Shown here piece after piece: positions 36,801 through 51,345 of a stretch of DNA of 64,000 nt (the first letter of the stretch is position 1; each line of letters begins with the position of its first letter). Under the pieces are notes generated by a model. It was not told where the DNA came from and did no database searches. It worked only from the letters and a program-made list of their open reading frames with translations. The position numbers and the translations under genes are program-made. Source of the stretch: Chrysomallon squamiferum (lineage: Eukaryota; Animalia; Mollusca); assembly GCA_012295275.1 (NCBI GenBank), contig CM022671.1:27590001-27654000 (forward strand). Reading direction: 5' to 3'.

Positions 36801-39800
36801 AAATAAAATTTAAAGTCAAATACTCCAGTATTTAATTACATCAGATTAAATAGTAAAAATAGTACATTAATAATGTATTTGCAGTTTGAAACAATTTATA
36901 TTTATTGCTACTCCAGATTAGAATACAACAGTTGTTAGATTGACAGATTCCTAATGATTCATATTTATTGTTGAATGTTTGCAGGAAAAGAAAGAGCAAA
37001 GATGATCGAGGACATTCTAAATGATCGGCGTGTGCATCACTTGCAGAAATCTTCAGTTCAGGACACTGGAGTTCTGGCTGTAAAAAACAATGTAAGAAAG
37101 GAAGTCTATGACCCTGGAGACAATGAATATGAATTTAACAGACACAATACAAGCTTTGATTTTACACCTCGTTCTGTCCAGTCTGAGAGTGGTTACTCAG
37201 GTTCAATATCAGAAAGTGGATTTGCAGGTCCAACACCTTCATCTATTCATTCAGATCATGGTCACGCATCTGGGCATTACCCAGATTCATTCAAGCAACC
37301 ACCCTTTTCTGCAGGAAACAGGTTTGAACCTGATTTCAATTCCCATCATTCTGTATCTCAGGACTTTAATTATGGAATGAACAGTTTTGGTAACCACCAC
37401 AATGCTGCTGGACCTAATTATGATGACAGTGGTTTTACTCAAATGAATCCTCCAAAGTTTGATCCCACCCGTCCACCACCTAACCATCCAGATTTTCTTC
37501 GAAGAGAACATGAACCTGCATACCATGATTCAGATCGATTCTATAAAGATGGTGATGTGTCAAAACAGGATAATTCACGTTCTTTCAACTCAAGTGATTA
37601 TAAAGATAGAGGGTGGCATAATGACAACAAACACTGGACAAGTAACAGAGGACGAGATAAAGCAAAAGATCGTAATTGGGATAGAACCTGGGAAAGAGGT
37701 CATGACAAGGAAAGAAATAGAGACAGATTTAATAACAGAGATAACAATCGAGACTCTAATCGCAGTAGACATTATGACAGAGGTAACGATTATGTTCAGG
37801 ACAATGGTTTACGTGATAAAGAACACAGTCGAGATTGGGAAAAAGAAAAGCCCACAATTAAAAGCAAGCCAGCAAAGCCAAAAATACCTGTGGAAGAACC
37901 AGATGAGGAGCCTCGGTCTTTGAGCCTTGAGTCTAGAATTCAGAGTCTTCTCACTGGAAATGATCCAGATGCTGAACTGGATTCTCCCAAAACAAAACAT
38001 TCTGAAGGGTCCCCTACACCACCACCTCAAACTCCAAACACATGGAACAGATCACCTCACCTCTCTTCTAATCAGGTTCCTCAAACTCCAACAACTTATG
38101 ATCATGATAAAAATTCTACTTCTTGGAGGTCATCGGGACATCACATTCATCAAACACCTATAGAGTCACCTTGGCCACAAACTCCTATGGTGCCAGAATC
38201 TCCTTGGCCTTCACAGACACCCAGTATTCAAACTCCTACACAACCATCTGATCAGAATACATTTGGAAATCATTCAGCTGATAAACTGAAGCCAACACCG
38301 CCTGTGTTTGACAAAGGATACAATTCACAGCAAGACTCAAATCAGTCTCAAAGCACATCTACTGCTACTACAACTGTACAGCCAGAAACAAACAATGTTG
38401 CTCCTGATGATGATGATGACGATGACAAAATGTCCATATCATCCATTAGTAGTGGTGATGAGAAATTGGAAGTTAATTCTCAGATTCCAAATAGTACCAG
38501 CCAGCCTTCTTCAGTTCCAAATTCATTTCACCAGACAATGCCTATGTTTAATCAGGGTCCTATTCCTAATCCATGGCAAAGTGGATTTGTCAATCAGGGA
38601 GCCTATCCACCGACATATAACAATTTTATTGGTGTTAATCCATTTAATCAAAACTTTTGCAATCAGTATCAAAATGATATGATGAATGCACAAATGATTA
38701 ATACCTATGGCAATCAGGTGGGTTTCAAGGAAGAGGAGAAAGTATTCGATATTGATGAGAAATTGTTTAATTCTTCACTCAATAATTTTGTAAAAGACTT
38801 GAAAGAAATCTTACAAAAAGATTTGTGTAAAAAGATGGTGGAAAATTCTGCATTCAAATCCTTTGAAAACTGGTGGGACAAAGAAGAAGAAAAAAGAAAG
38901 GTAGAGTTGTGCTTGATAATTTCTGATTTTAAGAAAGATATTTTTAAAGATAGATAAATACAGCAGAACACTATTTAAATGTATATCAAGCAGCAGCATG
39001 TCATTATAGGTATTTTAATAACTGAAGTATTTATATTCTGAATTGAAATCATCTATTTCTGAATATTTTAAATCACTTTTAAGTTACGAGTAATTTTCAG
39101 ATAACAGTTATTAAATTTTTTATTTACTTAATAGGATTTAATTAGAAAAATGAAAAATCACTTCTTGTTTGTCAAACATATATTTTGGAAGGCATTTATT
39201 TGTCATAAGTCCCTAATGGTGTATGGTTACAGGCATTTTCATTTATATTTTAGCCTCCAAAGTTACTAGGAGCTCCAGAAAAACCTGAGAAGCCATCTCC
39301 TGCCAAACCAGCAGCAGCCAACCAGCCCCAGTCTGCAATGAGTTCAACTATAGCTTCACTGTTTGAAAACCGCCACCCCTGGAGTCGAGAAGGTGGCTTG
39401 GAAAACAACATGGGCTTTGGGCAAGGATTTGGTGTTGGAGGACTGTTAGGTTTGCGAGGTGCAATGCCTAAGATGCCATCATTTAAGGTCAGTAGACATT
39501 CATACTATATGAACATATAATTGTAAATGTACATACATTTTAAGATTTCACCAGTATTTCGATCCTCTTTTCTCTTATGAATTTAATGTCGAATGAATGG
39601 AAATTTGTATGCTTCAATTATATCATGGTTGGAAGATTGATATGTGGGCGATTTATTATTTTAAAACAATATATTTTCTTTCATTTTACTTAATGTTATC
39701 TATGTCTTTTTTCAACTTTACATAATATGCATAATTTTCATTTAGTTACAGAAAGCAGATAAATCTACATATTTTGAGATTATTAGTTTTAACTGTAAAT

Positions 39801-42800
39801 TTATTATTGTATACAAATGTTTATATTTATTAAATAATTTGTTAATAGAAAAAGATGCGTGCACCAACTCCTCCTCAGGAAGAAGAGGGAGAATTTGAAA
39901 CAAATAAATCCAAAACATTAGACGAAGAAGCAGAATCAGGTTAGTCCTAAAAGCATTTGATAAAGAAATGTCTACATACAAAACCTAAAATGTGACAATA
40001 ATTTTGAACAGTATTAGAAACAGTTATATACAAATGCCTGTCAGGTGATTTATTCGTGAGTTTTTTTTTTTTTAGGTATTTGTAATTTAGATATACTGCA
40101 GTATATTCTGAAGAATACAGTATCATCCTTGATATAGTTTATTTTATTAAATTTATTTAAATTGCTTAAATTAACTTGTTTATTTCATGTCTACTAAAGA
40201 TCATGAGAGTCTGACACGGCCAAGAAAACCTGTTGTAAGTGAAAGTGAAGATGAATCAGAAGAAGATGAAGAAAAGGCACGCTCAGGTTTGTTACCCTTT
40301 TCAGACTTTATAATTTTTACTCTGTTCTTGCTTACTTAATTCAAATTCATCTTGTAGAGATTCATTTGAGTCTTGTTTTGGCATAGGCATTTGCCAATAA
40401 TAATTCTATCTAGATTTCATAAGGCATTTCAGTATTTTCAATATTTATGGTGGGCTCATGATACTTTTTTAGGTTCAACAAAATATGTTTTCTTTGTTAT
40501 TTCTCTTGAAAGAATATATAAGATGAAAGATTTACTCAATAAAAAATGTTAAATATTTCAGAGCTCTTTGTTCAAATCTTGATTTAATTTTATTTTGTGT
40601 GTTTTTATAACACTGTTTCTGCATCAGAGAACCATCAAGAAAGAATACATTTTCAGTTCTACAGGTAATATCTACATACTTTTGTATCATTCTAGATGAA
40701 GAAGATGAAAATGAAGAAGACAGCAGCGAGGAGGATGAAGAAGAGAGTGAGGAAGAAAGTGATGAATCATCATCAGATGATGAAGAGGAGGAAGATGAAG
40801 ATGAAGTTGATGAAGATGAACTTGTAGCACTTCATAAGTAAACTGTTGTTTTATTTAGATAAATTTTATTTAACCATAACTGACTTCAGTAACTCATTAA
40901 ATAACAGGTGTAAATTATTGTGGACACTTGTATTTTATTAAAAGTGTTTTAGTTTCTTCCAAACAGTCAGAATTTGCAGTTAAGAGCTGAAAACACTATA
41001 TCAAAGCTAATTGTCTTAAGAAGTTGCAGAGGTTACTAGTTTCATATGTACAATTATCCACATGATATTAAACACTTTCCACTTAATATCTTCCCTATTT
41101 GTTTTCAGAATTTGTTGCTACTTGAAAATAAGTGTTCACTGTGTTTATTTTCAAATTTGTTTTCCAGAGATACTGATGAACAAGTGGAGCCTGAGGAAAG
41201 TAAAGTGAAAGTGAACGTTGAAAAAGAAGAAATGTATGTTTAATATACCATATTAATTAATTTTCTTTTTCATATTATAATTTTGAATATTAATATTATA
41301 CAGATATTTGATACCAAATGACCATTAATGTTATCAGTGTTAGATATCATCAGACAAATATTTGTATTAAACAAAATTTTAAATTATGTACTAGATGGAT
41401 TTCGGTCATAATTATATTTAACATAAGATGTTTTTTTAAATATTCTTTGAATCAGATAGTCTGTGTTATTTTAAAAAATAATAATAATTTTAAAAAAATC
41501 ATTTTGTTACACTTGTTTAGTTATTTTCCTTATTAATTTATATAGTTTTTAATTTTGTTACTACAGTGAGGATGATACGGAATCCAAGAAGGAAGAAACC
41601 AAACCATTGTCTCCCATCAAGGAAGAACCAGTGGATGAAGAAGATGAGGAAGTAGATATAGAGACTGATGATACACAGGACACCAGTTTAGCAGAAGTCA
41701 AGAGTGAGGCAGGAACAGCAAGCCAGAGCCAGGAGCCAGACACTTCCATGGAGGTGAAAGAAGAGCTACTAGAAACACTTACCTCTGAAACTTCAGATGC
41801 AGCATCACCTGAAAAAGACCAAAAGAAAAAGCTGTTGACATCATCTATGGCTCCAGAATCTGTGAATCTTATTCGGAAGACTAATAGGGACAAGAAAATG
41901 GTGCGTGAGGTTAAGATTTCAGAGAGTGAGTTTTCTGATGACAATATTCCACCACCTGTTGGCAACGAAGAAGAACTTTCTTTGCAAAAAGATGAGGATA
42001 GGAAGCCATATGTAAATCCAGCGATAGCAGAACATGATTACTTTGCAGTTCCTCCAACACCGGAAAAAAGTGCAGGAGATTCAGATGCCACCGCTTCAGC
42101 TGATGAAGAATCAGGTGGCATGCCACATGAAATCTGGATGGATCATAATTACTGTATGCCACGTGCAAAATTCGAACTTTCGGAAAATGAATTGCAAGAT
42201 AGTGCTAAAAAGAATGTGGTAAGAACTAACAAAACAAAGCTTCGTGAAAGCACAGAATCGGGACTTTCAGATTCTGCTGCCAGCACAAAAGACAAAGTTA
42301 AGGAAAAACCAAAACGAAAATACACAAAAAGAAAAAACAAGGAAGAAACGTTGACTGATATTACGCACACACTGAATCGGTCAATAGAACGTGGCAGTCG
42401 TGAATTAGCTAATTTATTACCACCACCTAAACCAAAAGTTACCTTTAGTCCTCGGTCATTGCAAGAAGAACGACAGACATTTTTTGCAATGTATCACAGT
42501 GGCATTGACACTGAGGACGTGAACTATCTGAAACGGACGTATGATGAACTAATGCAGTCAGATGATCCAATGTTTTACTGGTTAAATGACATTTTATGGG
42601 TGGATCATCCTATTACAAATATTCCAGATCCTTCTCCCTCAAGGAAAAAGAGGAAGATTGAAGACCTCCAGTACAAGACGCACAAAACAGGTAACGTCTT
42701 TTTTTCTTCATACCTGATTAAATTAGCAGTTGTAATTGTAAACAGTTTTATTATCATAGTCATCTATGAACTAGTATAGTATCTGTAAAAGCAACAGATC

Positions 42801-44760
42801 AGATTTTTATTTTGTTACAGATTGTCTACTCTGTCGTATATAAATGATTAACTTCAGATGACAAGCTGATGTCTCACTAAAACATTGATATATGTATATT
42901 TTTTTTCTCTTCAAATTTTGGTGAAATATGTTTCAGATATATTCAGAAACATTGGCTGTTATCTTAGTATTATGATTAACTTAGAACTTCCTTACAATTA
43001 ATCATAATAAGAAAGTAATAGAGAACTACATTCTTGTAAACTTTTACAATTTTATGAAATTTATTTTACAGGCTGTTCCAGAACAGAAGGTTATTATAAG
43101 CTTACAATGCAAGAGAAGGCAGCTTACTTAATACATGCACGCAATGTTACACTTCAGCAAAAAGTCATCGAAAGCATTAACAAGACAATCGTAAGTTGCT
43201 TCATAATATGTTTGTTTGGTGACTGTTTAATTCTGTTCGTGTGAGAAGAATACTTCAAAACTGTTAAGTCATTTCAACTGACTTAAATTTTACAAAATGT
43301 ATCTTTAATTTAACTGAAGTTAATTATTATATAGGTTCGTTGCTAACTGATATACACTGGATTTAAAATAATAACTATATTAAAATAATTTTGCAGGCTA
43401 TAAACCTCACTTTATTAAATGGGGATTTTTTTAATAATGTAAGTACAGGTTTTGAACAATGTTTTTTTTAAAAATTTTATTACAGGCAGATCAAGCAAAG
43501 AAAAATGTTGTTTCCTCCCGTGATGCAAGAAATGAAAACAGAAGACTGCAGACGGCTCTCTCTGACTTGCCCGAAGTTGGAGAACTTCTCAAATTTAATC
43601 AGCTCAAGGTAATACTTCATTATAATGTTGTTAACATGGATTTTGTTATTTTAAAAATATTTTGTTATGTATTTTTAAAAGTACCTGATTTTCCTATCTT
43701 GTTTTATTCAGTTTTAAAATTTTGGGGATTTTATTATAAGTCAATAAGTACTATTAGAAAGATTGTTTTTACAAATTATGCAGTAAATAATTAAAATATA
43801 TTTAAATGAATTGTAAATTTTAGAAATTAGTTTGTTGATTTAGTTGTTTTTAGCCAGAAATTAATTATAATTTTTATATCAGTTTTTGCAGTTATTAAAT
43901 CTTTCCTATTGTTTTCATTTGTTTGCTTAATGATTTCTTAAATAACAAGTGTTTGGATTTTTTTAATAATAAACTATGGATAAAAAGGCACATTTAAAAG
44001 ATAATAATAATTAGGATTTAAACTTTAAATTCAGTTTATCTAAGATAAAAATTTGTTGTATTTTAGTTCCGAAAGAAGCAGCTGAGGTTTGCCAAGAGTT
44101 CAATTCACGACTGGGGACTGTTTGCTCTGGAACCCATTGCAGCTGATGAAATGGTAATTGAATACTGTGGCCAAATGGTGCGGCAGTCTGTCGCAGATCT
44201 CAGGGAGAAGAAGTACGAGAACACTGGCATCGGCAGCAGCTACTTGTTCAGAGTAGATGGAGAAACTATCATCGATGCCACTAAGACTGGTAATTTAGCC
44301 AGGTTCATCAATCATAGCTGCAATGTAAGTATTATATTTTCACTTTATTATCTCCCTTCCTTTTTGTTTCTACAAATAAATTTATTCATTAATTTTTTTT
44401 AATTAGCTTTGATAAGATTCTGAAATATAAAAATTAACACTTTCTGTTGAATTGTGTATGTTTGGTATGGGTCTTAACTGAACATTCTGTAATGTATTAT
44501 GAAATTGTCAAAAAAAACCTTGTTTAGATATTTGATTATTTTTTAATGATTGCTTGTAACTCATGTGAAATACTTTATATTTTCAGCCAAACTGCTATGC
44601 GAAAATTATATCTGTAGAAGGTTTAAAAAAGATAGTGATATATTCCAAGAGAGACATTGATGTGAATGAAGAAATAACCTATGACTATAAATTTCCTATT
44701 GAGGATGAGAAGATACCTTGTCTTTGTATGTCTCATGGTTGTCGTGGTACACTCAACTAA
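33804..44760 (+). CDS. SETD1: Histone H3K4 methyltransferase SETD1 (SETD1A/B orthologue); exons 33804-33902, 34927-35022, 35826-35996, 36324-36423, 36985-38900, 39254-39487, 39849-39939, 40200-40286, 40696-40837, 41168-41233, 41567-42690, 43072-43190, 43486-43608, 44067-44324, 44587-44760
   Basis: N-terminal RNYKLIVDP...VYRFDG, RRM (TFSNLNDNV), [26 protein letters not shown]-1 motifs EHDY/DHNY, WIN-like [26 protein letters not shown] ([10 protein letters not shown]...[15 protein letters not shown]...EEITYDYKF) and post-[16 protein letters not shown]. All phases are consistent. Confidence 0.96.
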
Positions 44761-47700
44761 ATGTATTCATTATCATCTTCATTTAATACATCAGACTTCA
44801 GAAGGAAGAAGCCATTATTATAAATCGGGAAATTTTAATTGTGTTCTGTTGAATTCCTCTCATAAATTCAGTATACTGACCAAAGGATTGAAGCAATTTA
44901 CAGTTGTAAATCAGAAATAGGGTATGATTACTGCAGAATATTATTTTGTTGTTGGTTTCTTTATTTATTATTATTTATTATATTTTTTTAATAAATCGTT
45001 TTTTGAAGACAGACATATTGTCTATATGTCGCAAAACAAATTTCAGAGACGATGTATATATTTTTTTTATGTTGTTTGTCCTAATCCTTTGGATTATAAA
45101 TTGCACTGTCATTCTGTTATCCAAACATATTTCTTTGTAAACAGACAAATTAAAAAAAAAAAAAAAAATCATAAGTAATTTGTGATTCGCTATGTTCTGT
45201 AAAGCTTGTGATAATCTTAATGAATGTACTGTAATGCTTGTTTTTAACTGGTACATTAATGCCCATCACCAAAGAATATGCACTGTAAATGTCATATATT
45301 ACATTTAATGAACAATGCCTGTCATTTAAACTGCCAATCATATACAAATCTTGGTCAGCATCCATAAATTTAGTCAGATATTAAATATATAATGATAATG
45401 ATTTGTAAATATCTTCAGTAGTATTCACATCTGTTTCAGATCCTGCCATAGCAATACATACGCAAATAATAGTGTATTATAATTAATACAAAAGGTTGGC
45501 AGAGTGTTACACATTTATTTACATAATCATAAAGGCCATTCCTTTTCATTGTTAGGCTTCAGTAAAAAAAATAAAACTAATGGCTACAAATATAATTGTT
45601 TTATTAAAATATTTAACGAAAGCTGCTACTTAGTCAGAAATAATAGATTTCAGACTGTAAATTTATAAATAAGCTTATAAATTTTGGAATACATCAAATT
45701 TAAGCAAAACCGTGATAAATATTAATGTTTTATTTCAGTTAATTTTACATGATACGAGTTTGGTAAGTGATGAAAATGTAGACCGAATAATAAAAAATTA
45801 AGAAGCTTGTTTGATTTGCAGGGTTCATTTAACTATTCTGTGACATAAAAGCTGTTTACTTGCATTAACCTTCCTAAAATTAACCTAAATAAACTTACAT
45901 TTTTTCTATAAAATTTTGGATTAATTAAAGCTTTTAGATAAATTATTTCATTAAGATATCAGTATTATCGAGAATTATGAGTTATCTTAAAAACCAAGAT
46001 ACCATTTAAATTAGGGAAGGTGAAGATAGAGAGACTGATCTGTGTGTGTGCACATGTATATGTGAGAATAGTATATGGATTATTAGTATGCCTACTGTTC
46101 ATTTTTTGTGTTTTTTTTTGTTGCAAGAATTCAGGTTTGTGAATGGTTTAAATTAGTGTGTCTATGATAAAATAGCGCAGATGCAGTAATTTCAGAAACA
46201 CCAGTGAAGACTTAATTTACATAATGTTATTAAAATGTCTTAGTTTGCCTGGTTTTGCAGATGCTAATAAGTTGGTACATTTTATAGTTATAGAATAACA
46301 TTATAATTTATGGTTCTGTCTGTCTTTCACATTATCATGCTTTGTCTTTTCTTCCTTTATGGAGAGTTATCTTTTTTTTAAATTTTTTTTAAATAATTAT
46401 ATTATTCTTCTTCAGGTTTTTCCTGCTCTATGGTCAATGAATAGTTTTAACTAAAATGGACAATACTAGTAAAGCATCCACTTGGTGGTGTTTCAGTAAT
46501 TTAAAAAATATATATACTGCTAGTGCTATTTATGACTTTATTAGTATAACCATATATTTGTTCCCATTAACTATCATCTTATTTATATTTTTTGTGATAT
46601 TTTTCAAGTCTGTATAATCAGTTTGTAGCTTCATTTTTTTCAACTTTTTTTTTATTTTTTATTATTATTATTTTTTTTAAATTTTCATTTTCACTATCTT
46701 TTAAATTTTCTCCCTATGCGAATAACTATACTGTAGGAATACCTGAAATAAAATCTGTTTTTTACTGCCTGGAAATTCACCTTTATGTAACAAACTTCTA
46801 AAGATTTTCCTTTTTTTTTAAACCATCTTCCATTTTCATTTCACACATTAGCATAACAATACTATATATATATTTTTTTTTATTTATTATACATTTATTT
46901 ATTTATTTATTTATTTATTTATTGTAATATTATTGTTATTGTTATTTTATTTTTTATCTATTTTAATTTTTTTATATATTTTTTTTAATGATCTTTAATT
47001 TGTTAAGAGTATAAATGTACATAATTATTCTTCAGTAGACAGATACTGTAAGTTTTAGTGTTAATGAATTTGTATATCAAAGTGCTGTCCACAAAGTGAT
47101 CATGTTATTTAATGTGTAAATACAGTTGTACATTTTGTTTCTTCTTTGTTTTCTTTTTGTTGCTTTTTCTTCTTTTTTTTTCTTTTTATTACTTGTACAA
47201 AAGTATTTTAAAAAAGAAATGCATTTTATTAGTAATATTCTTATGGTAGCTTATATTTTCTTCCCTGTGGTATTGTACATAAAACTGAAGATAAAATGTG
47301 TGGGGAATCTGGGGGCATCATGTAAAAAATACCATTTCTGTCTGGGTTTTTATTATTATTATGTTTGTCACATACTGTTATTTTTTCCTGGAAATGTTCA
47401 GTACAATCATCATGCTTGCATCATGGTTGTGCTGTTTGCTGTAAAATATTTTCAATAACAAAATTAAACGGAGATCAACAAATGTGTTTTGTTTTGCTGT
47501 GATTTTATATTTCACTTTCATTTTAATTTGGTGTTCAAAATGGCTTAGTTGAAGACTTGTTAGAGACAAGAGGTCACATAAGAATCTGATGCTGTATAAA
47601 AAGTCAAACATTACTATGTGTTGGCCTCATACAAAAGATATTTGCAGATATTAGCAACAAAATGTCCTAGAGATATTTTGTTGACATTTAAAAATATATG

Positions 47701-48421
47701 TTTATATATATATATGTATATATTTAAATTTAAAATAAAGTTTAAAATCATGTTAATGTGTCATCAAAAAAAAGTCCCAGTTATATTGGCTGACAGTATA
47801 ACAATTTGATTACATGTCAAAAACATATTTTGTTACAAAATAACAGATTTGACATTTATTTCTGAAAATGGATTATTTATATTTGTTGCAACTTGTTCTT
47901 AAATCACTTTTTCAAGAAGATATTACGTGACTTTGTGATGTGTAACCTTTACTGCTATATTCTTTGAAAACAGAAATTCTCCACCACATTAAAATTTTCC
48001 ATATAACAAGTGTTGGAATTTCAAATTTCATTTAACTGAAAATTTAATAAGCAACACATTTTATGTGCAAGCACAAATTTTAAAATTTTATTAATAATTA
48101 TACAGCGATACAACAAAATGACAGAGTGTTTAACAAAAAGTTTAAGAGAATATATATATTTTTTTTTTTTTAAGAAAACTATCATGCTTTAAAAATCTGT
48201 TCAAAATTCATTAGCAATGTTTATTGATGAAGTATATATTAATATGAAAAAAGTAGATGATTTATCACTGGAAAATTCAGTATTGAAAGAATGAAAAGAA
48301 CTATTCAGTAAAGAAAGCATATTAAATAAATCAATTATTGAAATTGATGAAACGTTATATTATTAAATTATTTTGTTGACAAATAATTTTTGGAATGGGT
48401 GCAGAAGAAAAGTAAATAAAG

Positions 48422-48457
<36 letters not shown>

Positions 48458-49097
48458 TATTAAGCTTAAGCATTATACAGACTAACTTGGCTACAATGAA
48501 TATTCTTTCAGATACAATGTCATAAACAACATAAAGGTAACATTTTGTTGTTAGAAGCTTTAGTAAAAAGTCAGTTCAGTTTATAAACATAAATGCGTTA
48601 TTATTAACATTAAAGTATTGTCATATTTTTATAATTCATTAAACAACAACAAGTTTTGTTCATTATACATGGTGTATATAATAAAATGTATATAATTTAA
48701 CACGAATAAAATAAAATAGACAAGAATTTTTTTTTAAATAACTACTGGTTTTGTTTTATAATGTAAAAACGATATTTTATAGTACAAATCGTTTTTAAGT
48801 TATTTATTTATTCTACTCTTTCGAAACAAAAACAATAAATTAATAAATAAAAAAATAATGAAAAACAAATTGAACTATGATAATATCGTTATATATCATG
48901 TTTACTCAGTGAATACGTACAAAGAAAAAATGTATGTTATATGACAACTATTGCAGAATAGTTATTGCAAAAAACCAAGAATATTACCAATATTTTAATA
49001 ATATGAACGTTATGACAGGAACTATAGGCCCATGTTCAGTTAAATAATTATAAAGTAAAAGAGCACAGAACTAAATTCAAGATATATTGATCCCTTA

Positions 49098-49153
49098 AAA
49101 GTCTGTACTTCGACACGGAACAAATAAAGTCTGTACTTCGACACGGAACAAAT
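49098..49153. repeat. Perfect 28-bp tandem duplication downstream of the TRIM stop codon
   Basis: aaagtctgtacttcgacacggaacaaat x2. Confidence 0.95.
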
Positions 49154-49233
49154 TACTGGTTGCCTGATTTAATATCTTAGTGGTTATTGTCTAACATCAC
49201 CCAAGGAAATATTTTCAAATTCTAATCTTTCTG

Positions 49234-51345
49234 TTACAACAAATCAAATATTCTAATTTCACCACCGCTAGTGGCGCCGACCAATACCTGGCGTTTTTTG
49301 CTGAAATTTGGGCTGGCCTTAACAACGGCAATAACTTTCGGAATTTGCGGCATTTTTAAAATGAATACACCTCTTTTTTGGCCGGTTGTACCTGAAATGG
49401 AATGCACGGCCTTGGCTTTGTTGTCGGAAATAAAAACGTTTCCCGATTCATCATGAGCGAGACCTGTAGGCTCTACTAGACTTTTGTCAGTGTCAGATCC
49501 CTTGTAAGTAAACTTAACTTCGTACTCCTTGTTCAGGATAACCACTTCTTTTTTCGTCCAGTCGCTGATCACAAGACAGCCGTCTGATGTTTTGTCCAGC
49601 GTTCGTGGGTAGATAACTGACTGAAGATTCAACGTCATCAGAAGATTACCTTTTACATCCAGGAGATCAACCTTTGGGACACTGTACGGTTTGCACGTTC
49701 CTGCTGCATATTTGTTGTCTTCTAGAAAAACCAGCGAGCAGTAACCTGTACTGGTACGAATATATTCAGCGACGTCCAGAGATTGCAATTTGACTGCCAC
49801 AATAATAATGTGACTGTAACCTGGACACGTAACTGCTAATCTGGCCTCAGAAACTTGTGTTACATCCCACGGTTCCATTGCTTCTTCAAATTCCAAACAG
49901 AATAGAATATCGCCATTCACGTTAATGAGTTTCAGCTTTTTATTCCACCTGTCAACAACAACGAATCTGTCTTCGTCAACTTGAGAAATACCAACAAACT
50001 GGGGAGCACGTGTATCCTCACTGGTGATTCCATTAAACGTATTAATCAATCGTATATCCCAATCACAACAGTTACTTCTCGTTGACGACCGAGCCTTTCC
50101 CGAACTAGTGCTTCGTTTACTTCCAGAAGATGCTGGAGGAAAACGAAACGGTGGTGGTGGTGGTCGAAAAAATGGCAGAGCTATCTGAGGTCGAGCTTGT
50201 AGCGAGACTGCTTGGCCATGATGGTCCAAGAAACCTGGAGCCTGTTGTCCACCACCTTGATAATATTCTGAATGAGAAGAATTTTCAGGTTGAAAATAGC
50301 CTTCTAAAGACACAGTTGGAGAACTGTTAACTTTAGATAAATAGCTCTTTCCACTACTAGTTTCTATGTGGCCAACAGTTATGTTTTGCACGAGTCTGTC
50401 GGCATTACAATCAGGAACAAAACTTAGCTGAATACTTTTTAGTTTTAACTGTAACTGCTCAGCGGCCTGCGTGTAGTTTGTAATTTCCTTTTCTACGTTA
50501 TTTATAACACTGAGAGATCGAATAGGTCCACAGTTTAGTAAATTATCAAAGACTTTCTGCGTTCCATCCAAACTACTAAGTAGTGATTTACATTCATCTG
50601 CTCCCTCTTCAGCATTTGCCTCTTCCGAACGAACGATGTCAGAAAGAATTTTCAAACATTCTCTTTCTTTGTCCAGCAGTAACTTTGTCATCTGACTTTT
50701 AATTATAGCAAAACGTTCTGAAACTTCTGCTGTTACTTCTTCCTTTTTCAATTTCAACTCATTGGGTTTGTCAGAGAACTGTTCCCGAGTTTTGCTGACC
50801 TTTTTGGAAAGCTTTATTATGTTTTCCTTAAAATCAGCTAGTCTATTTTCAACTGTTTCTCTGGCTCCTTCTGCTGCTAGGTGGTCATCGCGGCACTCTC
50901 TATGATTAAGAGTGCTTTCACATTCCTCACAAACCCCAACAGAACGCCTGCTGCAAAATTTGGTCATACGATTACTTGAATGGCGAGGACAATATTCCTG
51001 TTGTCCAGTCTCTGAGCCATCTGAATCTTGCTGGACGTTCCTCTGATTTTCCAAGTTGTGTACAAGGCTTACAATGAAGAAATTAGTAGGAAATGAATCC
51101 ACCCAGTCTGCCAATTTCCTGGGATCAGCATTTGAAGGTTTTGCTGGCTTCCTACAAATTGGACATGGAAATGTTGATCTGGGTATGGATAAAATCCTAC
51201 CATCCCCTACTCGTCTCACTATGTGATTGCGTAGGCACTTTCGACAAAAATTATGAAGACAAGGAAGTTGTTTCGGCTCATCGAACGTCTCCAAGCAGAT
51301 ACTACAACTGAGAAATTCGTCATACAGCCCTTGTAAGACCTCCAT
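49234..51345 (-). CDS. Intronless TRIM E3 ligase: RING, degenerate B-box, coiled coil, NHL-like beta-propeller (TRIM2/3/56/71-like)
   Basis: CSICLETFDEPKQLPCLHNFCRKCL...CPICR RING, FPTNFFIVSL, CPRH...FC...VCEEC...H, and NHL-like repeats (PWDVT, PTGLAHDESGNVFISD). First ATG is at 51345, with an in-frame stop upstream. Confidence 0.9.
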   Translation of the reverse strand: MEVLQGLYDEFLSCSICLETFDEPKQLPCLHNFCRKCLRNHIVRRVGDGRILSIPRSTFPCPICRKPAKPSNADPRKLADWVDSFPTNFFIVSLVHNLENQRNVQQDSDGSETGQQEYCPRHSSNRMTKFCSRRSVGVCEECESTLNHRECRDDHLAAEGARETVENRLADFKENIIKLSKKVSKTREQFSDKPNELKLKKEEVTAEVSERFAIIKSQMTKLLLDKERECLKILSDIVRSEEANAEEGADECKSLLSSLDGTQKVFDNLLNCGPIRSLSVINNVEKEITNYTQAAEQLQLKLKSIQLSFVPDCNADRLVQNITVGHIETSSGKSYLSKVNSSPTVSLEGYFQPENSSHSEYYQGGGQQAPGFLDHHGQAVSLQARPQIALPFFRPPPPPFRFPPASSGSKRSTSSGKARSSTRSNCCDWDIRLINTFNGITSEDTRAPQFVGISQVDEDRFVVVDRWNKKLKLINVNGDILFCLEFEEAMEPWDVTQVSEARLAVTCPGYSHIIIVAVKLQSLDVAEYIRTSTGYCSLVFLEDNKYAAGTCKPYSVPKVDLLDVKGNLLMTLNLQSVIYPRTLDKTSDGCLVISDWTKKEVVILNKEYEVKFTYKGSDTDKSLVEPTGLAHDESGNVFISDNKAKAVHSISGTTGQKRGVFILKMPQIPKVIAVVKASPNFSKKRQVLVGATSGGEIRIFDLL

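Noticed and set aside
37108-38999. Alternative-frame and antisense ORFs within the big SETD1 exon
   Set aside because: By-products of codon bias in a long exon; no recognisable domains.
44924-47809. F/Y/I/L-rich ORFs downstream of SETD1
   Set aside because: Low-complexity AT-rich probable 3' UTR or intergenic sequence without splice or homology support.
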